From: a virus
IMG/VR virus record: IMGVR_UViG_3300028591_000123
Span: 32,001-96,000 of that record
Length of the DNA stretch: 64,000 nucleotides
Direction: 5' to 3' (one strand)
The notes under the pieces were generated by a model. That model saw nothing but the letters and a program-made list of their open reading frames with translations. It searched no databases and was not told the DNA's origin. Positions 59,049 through 64,000 of the stretch are shown one piece after another. The translations under genes and the position numbers were made by a program. Positions within the stretch are counted from its first letter, which is position 1. Each line of letters opens with the position of its first letter.

Positions 59049-59759
59049 ATGTCAATGCTTCATAAAGGCAATAAAAAAACAGGTAGATTTACAAATCTAC
59101 CTATAAATGACAAGCACCTCCAAGAAGAGGTGCAAATAGCAATCAAAGGATATAATTTCGAAGAAGAAGTCATTGATGATTGTTACTCTGAATACCTTTG
59201 GTATTTAGAGAGACAAAATGGTATCATGGGATGTTATAATAAGCATACTTATGATATCATTCAGGAAGTTAGTAGAGATAAGGCTTTAGCAGACATTGAT
59301 TATTGTCATAATGTAGGTCAGAGCATTTATTATAATTCTAATTTCCTAAGTTGGGAGGAAAGATTTGCAAGGTCTGTTCCTGGCTTCGAAGTTGATAAAG
59401 AAGCATTAATGGAAGAGATAACAAATGTTTTCTCTCAAAAAATAATCAATGATTTGTTATTATTAAACCACATTGATTTCAATGTCTATAATGATGACAG
59501 GTACGTTGATTATGAGGACTTGCTTGACCAAGGATGGTCAGGCGGACCTCCTATGAGTATAGGAGTCGACGCGACAATCTATAGAATCAGAGATTATACT
59601 GGTGACGTAGAAATTGATGTCGCAACCACTCCTTATAGTAACAGGAGAAGGATCAGGATATTAATAACTGATGATGATATCCTGGTCACCTTTGACCATT
59701 ATGATACCTTCTATGAATTAGAAGTTATTAATGGAATGGTCAAATTAGTGCCCGTCTAG
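59049..59759 (+). CDS. Hypothetical acidic protein
   Basis: 236 aa, GGAGGTG RBS. Confidence 0.75.
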   Translation: MSMLHKGNKKTGRFTNLPINDKHLQEEVQIAIKGYNFEEEVIDDCYSEYLWYLERQNGIMGCYNKHTYDIIQEVSRDKALADIDYCHNVGQSIYYNSNFLSWEERFARSVPGFEVDKEALMEEITNVFSQKIINDLLLLNHIDFNVYNDDRYVDYEDLLDQGWSGGPPMSIGVDATIYRIRDYTGDVEIDVATTPYSNRRRIRILITDDDILVTFDHYDTFYELEVINGMVKLVPV

Positions 59760-59854
59760 TTGAGATATATCTGATGCCACGATTAGGAAATTGTGACATC
59801 AGGATGTGAAAAAAAGGTGATAATGTGTAGGATAAAACATTTAAAAAAGGATGG

Positions 59855-59918
59855 TCCCTTGATGTCACAAAAAATTGTGACATCAGGGGTGAGTGGTTGA
59901 ATGGGAGACGCGAAAAAA
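59855..59918 (+). repeat. 64-bp direct repeat copy 2
   Basis: Matches 56598-56661; a related partial palindrome lies at 59771-59801. Confidence 0.85.
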
Positions 59919-60024
59919 TGGTGTGTGGTGTGGGTTTGGGCGAACGAATGGTTATGGTGAGTTTGAATGATGCATGATGACTGTTCGTATATGAAAAAAA
60001 GAAAAAAAAGAAAAAGGTGATAAT

Positions 60025-60261
60025 ATGAAAGTTGAGATTAAAATAATTTTAAATGCTGATGAGTATTTGGAATTAAAAAAAGAATGTGATAATGCAAGAG
60101 ATTGCATTGTTGCTAATGGTAGAATTTCCGGAGTTAAAATAGACGGGCTTTTAGAAGCCTGCACTCCGGATAAAATCTTAGAAAGATTCAAAGAGTCATT
60201 TGAATCAGAAATGACTCTTGATGATGCAGTTAAAGAGTTAATTTACGAGTCTCTTGGATAA
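60025..60261 (+). CDS. Hypothetical protein
   Basis: 78 aa, AGGTGA RBS. Confidence 0.7.
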   Translation: MKVEIKIILNADEYLELKKECDNARDCIVANGRISGVKIDGLLEACTPDKILERFKESFESEMTLDDAVKELIYESLG

Positions 60262-60319
60262 ACTGTTGATTTGACATGGTGAGTCTTAAAAATCCAATTA
60301 TTTTATAGAGGTAGGTAAT

Positions 60320-60562
60320 ATGAAAAAAGTAGTGGAGTTAAAGAAACTCGAAGAGTTAGTAGAACTCACCCATAAGAGGGTGGAAATGGCAGAAAGGGTT
60401 TTACAAGACCCTTCTAATGAAAATCTGCTTAAATATAATGAGGTAGCTGAAGTACAGGCATACCTCAGGGCAGACTTAGGCATCTACCCTAAGTTGACAG
60501 CGGCTGAAGAAGCCGCAAGCGCCATTTGGATGGCTAAAAAGAGTGACATAGAAGGATGGTGA
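60320..60562 (+). CDS. Hypothetical protein
   Basis: 80 aa, motif A upstream. Confidence 0.7.
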   Translation: MKKVVELKKLEELVELTHKRVEMAERVLQDPSNENLLKYNEVAEVQAYLRADLGIYPKLTAAEEAASAIWMAKKSDIEGW

Positions 60563-60774
60563 TGCTATTGAATATTGAAGAAAAAATTAAAGAAATTGTA
60601 GATAATGACTATATCAAAGGTCATTATTATAATGGGTTCTGCCACGGAATTGAAATCCGAGGAGAACCTAAAACAATATGTAAAATAATGGCAGAAGTAA
60701 GCGAGTTAGAAGAAGTTAAGAAAATCTCATTCACTCGATTTAAGAGTGTCGCAAGACTCAAAATCGAGTATTAA
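60556..60774 (+). CDS. Hypothetical protein
   Basis: 72 aa, coupled to the upstream ORF. Confidence 0.6.
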   Translation: MVMLLNIEEKIKEIVDNDYIKGHYYNGFCHGIEIRGEPKTICKIMAEVSELEEVKKISFTRFKSVARLKIEY

Positions 60775-60794
60775 GGAAAAAAGAGGTCGATAAT

Positions 60795-60926
60795 ATGGAA
60801 CAAAAAGAAAAATTAATTGAGGTACTTAAAAAAGTACCAGAGTTCAAAGGAATGAAAATAATCATTCCTGATGAAGTATTAGAAAAAATAGATCCTGAAA
60901 TCATTCAGGATTTATTAAATGAATAA
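60795..60926 (+). CDS. Small hypothetical protein (43 aa)
   Basis: MEQKEKLIEVLKKVPEFKGMKIIIPDEVLEKIDPEIIQDLLNE; GAGGT RBS. Confidence 0.6.
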   Translation: MEQKEKLIEVLKKVPEFKGMKIIIPDEVLEKIDPEIIQDLLNE

Positions 60927-60997
60927 ATAACCGTCGAACGCGACCTGGAGGATGTCGTTAAAAGCCTCAAAAAAAACAAAAAAAGAGAAGTGAAATA

Positions 60998-61228
60998 ATG
61001 ACAAGCAGAAAAGTTGCAGTTATTAAATTTAATGGAGTCGAAGAAGCAGTTGAACAGAGAGTCGCAAACAAAGCGGCTAAGAAAGCACGCAAACTACTTG
61101 CAAAAGTCAGAGGAAACATGCCATACTACACCGGTATGGGATTTGAAGCTGAAATTAATGAATTTGAAAAAGCTGGATTAACCGACTGGATCAACTCTTT
61201 GATCAAAGAAATGGGGGAATACTTATGA
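60998..61228 (+). CDS. Small early protein, family X copy 3 (diverged)
   Basis: AAKKARKLL...NMPYYTGMGFEAEINEFEKAGLTDWINSLIKEMGEYL aligns with 55077/55329. Confidence 0.75.
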   Translation: MTSRKVAVIKFNGVEEAVEQRVANKAAKKARKLLAKVRGNMPYYTGMGFEAEINEFEKAGLTDWINSLIKEMGEYL

Positions 61229-61393
61229 TATTCCTCCCAAGACCGGAGACAATGAGTCTGGTTGGTCTTGTCTTCGGAGGATTAATCCTCTTGATCGGAG
61301 ACAATCCAATGCTTTGGACTGGATTGTTCCTATGCACTTTGATGATGGTGTTAGGCTTTTGCCTAATCACCGTCCCTGAAGGAGGCGAATAAG

Positions 61394-61588
61394 ATGGATT
61401 TTGAGACTTTTTCAGAAATCGATAAGATTGTAAAGCACTATGCAGGCACTTACGAGGCTAGAGACGGAACTTTAGTTTGCTATATTGATGATGAAGAAAA
61501 GGAATTCCTCCTTAATGACTTAGATCTTAAAGGAATTCACTTTTCCCACGAATACGAAGAGGACCGTCTTGAAATAACCTTCAAATAA
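61394..61588 (+). CDS. Hypothetical protein
   Basis: 64 aa, GGAGG RBS. Confidence 0.7.
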   Translation: MDFETFSEIDKIVKHYAGTYEARDGTLVCYIDDEEKEFLLNDLDLKGIHFSHEYEEDRLEITFK

Positions 61589-61654
61589 ATAACCGTCGAA
61601 TGCGACCTGGAGGATGTCGTTAAAAGCCTCAAAAAAATTAAAGAGGTAGATGAA

Positions 61655-62029
61655 ATGATTACAGAGTACGATGAAAGAGTTTATGTTGAAAGTGAATGTA
61701 TGGACGAGTTCAAGAGGTGCATACACCCAGCACTCACCTATATTCAACATCATAAAGAAGAGTATAAGGAATATGATTATGGAATAAAGAGAATGCAAAC
61801 AAAGATGGTTGCAAATGCATTTGATAAATTCATCCAAGATTACGGCTTCGAGTTAGATGGCAGAAGTTTAAAACACGCATACGGGATTGGAAACAATAAC
61901 AACTGGGATATTGTTGACAAAAATCTAGTAAAAGTAGGTGACTTCTTCTGTACTAATGACATGTATGGAGGAGTAATCGTTGGTGTAAAAATCAAAGGAG
62001 AGATTGTCGAAAGTCACAAAGTCAGATAA
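61655..62029 (+). CDS. Hypothetical protein
   Basis: 124 aa, motif B upstream. Confidence 0.7.
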   Translation: MITEYDERVYVESECMDEFKRCIHPALTYIQHHKEEYKEYDYGIKRMQTKMVANAFDKFIQDYGFELDGRSLKHAYGIGNNNNWDIVDKNLVKVGDFFCTNDMYGGVIVGVKIKGEIVESHKVR

Positions 62030-62106
62030 GTTTTTATACGAATTGTTTCGACCTGGAGGATGTCGTTAAAAGCCTCAAAAAAAACAAAACGTATGAGGTA
62101 GATACT

Positions 62107-62628
62107 ATGATAAAAAAATATCTTAAAAAAATAGAAAAAGGTGAACTAAATGCCAAAGACGTTGTCTTTGAGCCAAAATATATCAAAATTAACAACATCT
62201 GTGTAAAAGCGGATGCGATTAATTTAGATACATATCAAGGAAAAATCACAGGGGAAATTCATCCCGTGAACGATTCCAATGAAAAATGTGGAGGACATAT
62301 TAGTATCCGCAATGTAGCAAATGTTGAGGAAATGAAGGTAAAGACAGTTTACGAAAAAACAAATCTAAACATCACACAGGATGTGATGGAGAACGATATT
62401 GTTCTTTTGAGAGCAGGCAGACACAACAATGTCATTGTAAACGATGGTTGTGATGACAGAGTATTTATGCCTGATGTCAGGAAAATCAGCAGAATTACAA
62501 AAAATGTATTCATCTTTATGCAACATGATTATCCAAATCGTGCCGCATCAGAAACAATCCTCACAAATGTGAGAGATGTGAAAGTTGACTCAGTATATTG
62601 GAAACCAGCTGGTTTCGACTGGGAATAA
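62107..62628 (+). CDS. Hypothetical protein
   Basis: 173 aa, motif B upstream, GAGGT RBS. Confidence 0.7.
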   Translation: MIKKYLKKIEKGELNAKDVVFEPKYIKINNICVKADAINLDTYQGKITGEIHPVNDSNEKCGGHISIRNVANVEEMKVKTVYEKTNLNITQDVMENDIVLLRAGRHNNVIVNDGCDDRVFMPDVRKISRITKNVFIFMQHDYPNRAASETILTNVRDVKVDSVYWKPAGFDWE

Positions 62629-62689
62629 GATTGTTGAATGCGACCTGGAGGATGTCGTTAAAAGCCTCAAAAAAAATATGGTGATAAAA

Positions 62690-63055
62690 ATGAGTATGTA
62701 TATATGTAATATAGAGAGTATCCAATTAGTGGCTACTCTAATTAATAGATTTACATTGGGGGATTATAATGTATTGTTTATGAACCTCCTAAACCTGAAT
62801 ATTGAAGTTTGGAATAAAAGATATGATGATTGTTACACAATCACAGAATATCTCCAAGGGAATCAAATCCCTCCGAAAAAGGAGGACATCCCTCTCAGAC
62901 CAAAGCCTGAGGATGTTCCAGAAATCTATGTAAAAGCGTTGAAGGAATACGCTTATCAGATTAATGAAAGCGTGACTGATGAAATATGTAATCAGGATCC
63001 TTATATGGATTCAATTAGAAATTCAGTCATGCTTTTGAAAAATGAATTTGAATAA
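62690..63055 (+). CDS. Hypothetical protein (121 aa)
   Basis: Start MSMYICN with GGTGA RBS and motif B. Confidence 0.65.
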   Translation: MSMYICNIESIQLVATLINRFTLGDYNVLFMNLLNLNIEVWNKRYDDCYTITEYLQGNQIPPKKEDIPLRPKPEDVPEIYVKALKEYAYQINESVTDEICNQDPYMDSIRNSVMLLKNEFE

Positions 63056-63129
63056 GACTGTCGAACGATTGGGAGTTAGCATTCTCCCTTATCAAAAATG
63101 CAAAACAAAAAACAAAAAAGGTAAGAAGA

Positions 63130-63372
63130 ATGAAATTTGAAACATTAGAAAAATTTGTAGAAAATCTCAAACCATCTGACGTTGAGATCTTTGTAAGTGA
63201 ATTGGTTTCCGAAGATGTGAAAAACATCATCTTAATGAATATTAGGAGATGTCATACATCTAAAGGTAAAACAGCAAGAGCCTCATTGATTAATGAAGTA
63301 CGTGGTCATTTAGGTGACTACTATGGAATTGAAATAAATGAAGAAATTGAATTAGATGGAGAAAAATATTAA
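63130..63372 (+). CDS. Hypothetical protein
   Basis: 80 aa, AGGT RBS. Confidence 0.65.
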   Translation: MKFETLEKFVENLKPSDVEIFVSELVSEDVKNIILMNIRRCHTSKGKTARASLINEVRGHLGDYYGIEINEEIELDGEKY

Positions 63373-63526
63373 AGGTGATACACCGAATAAGATACTATTT
63401 AATAGAAAAATCTCCATGAACAAATAACCGTATTCGGTTGTTTGTTCGTTTGTTGATTTTAGAGATGAATTTCTCTCGACCTGGAGGATGTCGCTAAAAG
63501 CCTCAAAACAAAGATTAGGTGATAAT

Positions 63527-64000
63527 ATGAAAATGCAAGAATTTATAGAAAAAGCAGATGAAGTAAAAGAAATAAACATTAACGACCCATTTGAAAATGG
63601 CATGATATATCATATATATGCAAAAAGCCAACACGAGAATGTCGAAAATCATGCGCAAAGCATAATCGACAAAATTGCGCCTACAATTGAAGACTACTAC
63701 CATATCGAATGTGGTCCCCTATTTATGGTTAACAAGGAAGTAGTGGATAATGTTGTACAAATTATTAAAAATTCAACAGACTATGCAGAAATGCAAGAAA
63801 ATCTTTTGGATTTCAAGGACATGTTAAAATGTGGTGTCTTTACAACCGAGAGAAACAACAAAATAGATAATGTTTATCTCTGGTGGAGCAACTGGCGTCC
63901 AGCATGGGCCTTGCGCAATGTATTAAAACGAGAGTGTGAAAAATATGACATAAAGATATTGGGTTCATATAAATTTCTTCTTTATATAAAATCAGAAGAT
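63527..64000 (+). CDS. Hypothetical protein, truncated by window edge
   Basis: MKMQEFIEKADEV..., open to base 64000; AGGTGA RBS; motif B upstream. Confidence 0.7.
   Translation, partial: MKMQEFIEKADEVKEININDPFENGMIYHIYAKSQHENVENHAQSIIDKIAPTIEDYYHIECGPLFMVNKEVVDNVVQIIKNSTDYAEMQENLLDFKDMLKCGVFTTERNNKIDNVYLWWSNWRPAWALRNVLKRECEKYDIKILGSYKFLLYIKSED

Larger units (their letters stand above)
55282..60295 (+). repeat. Motif A: 23-bp GACATGGTGAGTCTTAAAAATCC, 8 copies
   Basis: Starts at 55282, 55534 (variant), 55557, 56004, 57174, 57476, 58493, 60273; seven lie 44-48 nt upstream of an ATG. Confidence 0.92.
56441..63505 (+). repeat. Motif B: 29-bp CGACCTGGAGGATGTCGTTAAAAGCCTCA, 6 copies
   Basis: Starts at 56441 (variant), 60941, 61603, 62049, 62641, 63477 (variant); five lie 49-58 nt upstream of an ATG. 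Confidence 0.92.

Noticed and set aside
55282-63505. Motifs A/B as a CRISPR array
   Set aside because: Intervening sequences are 0 to >2000 bp and contain whole genes; no cas genes and no constant spacer length.
55282-63505. Motifs A/B as preQ1-I or fluoride riboswitches, or a pistol ribozyme
   Set aside because: They share only a small stem plus A-rich tail; the class-defining nucleotides and additional helices are missing.
1-64000. Provirus boundary, integrase or host genes
   Set aside because: No recombinase, att-like junction or housekeeping gene seen; the whole window reads as viral.

Overview
This window is a 64-kb part of a large tailed archaeal virus genome (Caudoviricetes, contractile-tail gene set). 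The host is almost certainly a pseudomurein-walled methanogen (Methanobacteriales), inferred from pseudomurein-binding repeats on a C39-type lysin and GGTGA/GAGGT ribosome-binding sites. Positions 1-51393 (minus strand) are the morphogenesis and lysis module: terminase, portal, prohead protease, capsid, neck, sheath, tube, chaperone, a 4120-aa tape measure protein (TMP), baseplate, tail fibres, lysin and holin-like genes. Positions 51429-54780 hold a GIY-YIG nuclease, two unknown genes and a DUF2828/vWA (TROVE/Ro60-like) gene. Positions 54960-64000 (plus strand) are small early-type ORFs separated by repeated, covarying, apparently RNA-structured elements. Two things stand out. (1) The giant TMP carries an intact DEDDh exonuclease domain and a clear homologue of archaeal RNA polymerase subunit A'' (Rpo1C), suggesting injected transcription-takeover cargo. 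(2) The Ro60-like gene has tandem ACAGCAA hairpins in its leader and lies next to seven anticodon-less tRNA-elbow mimics, four H-type pseudoknots and two families of start-associated motifs. All protein assignments come from motif recognition by eye and RNA structures from manual pairing; no database search or folding program was run.
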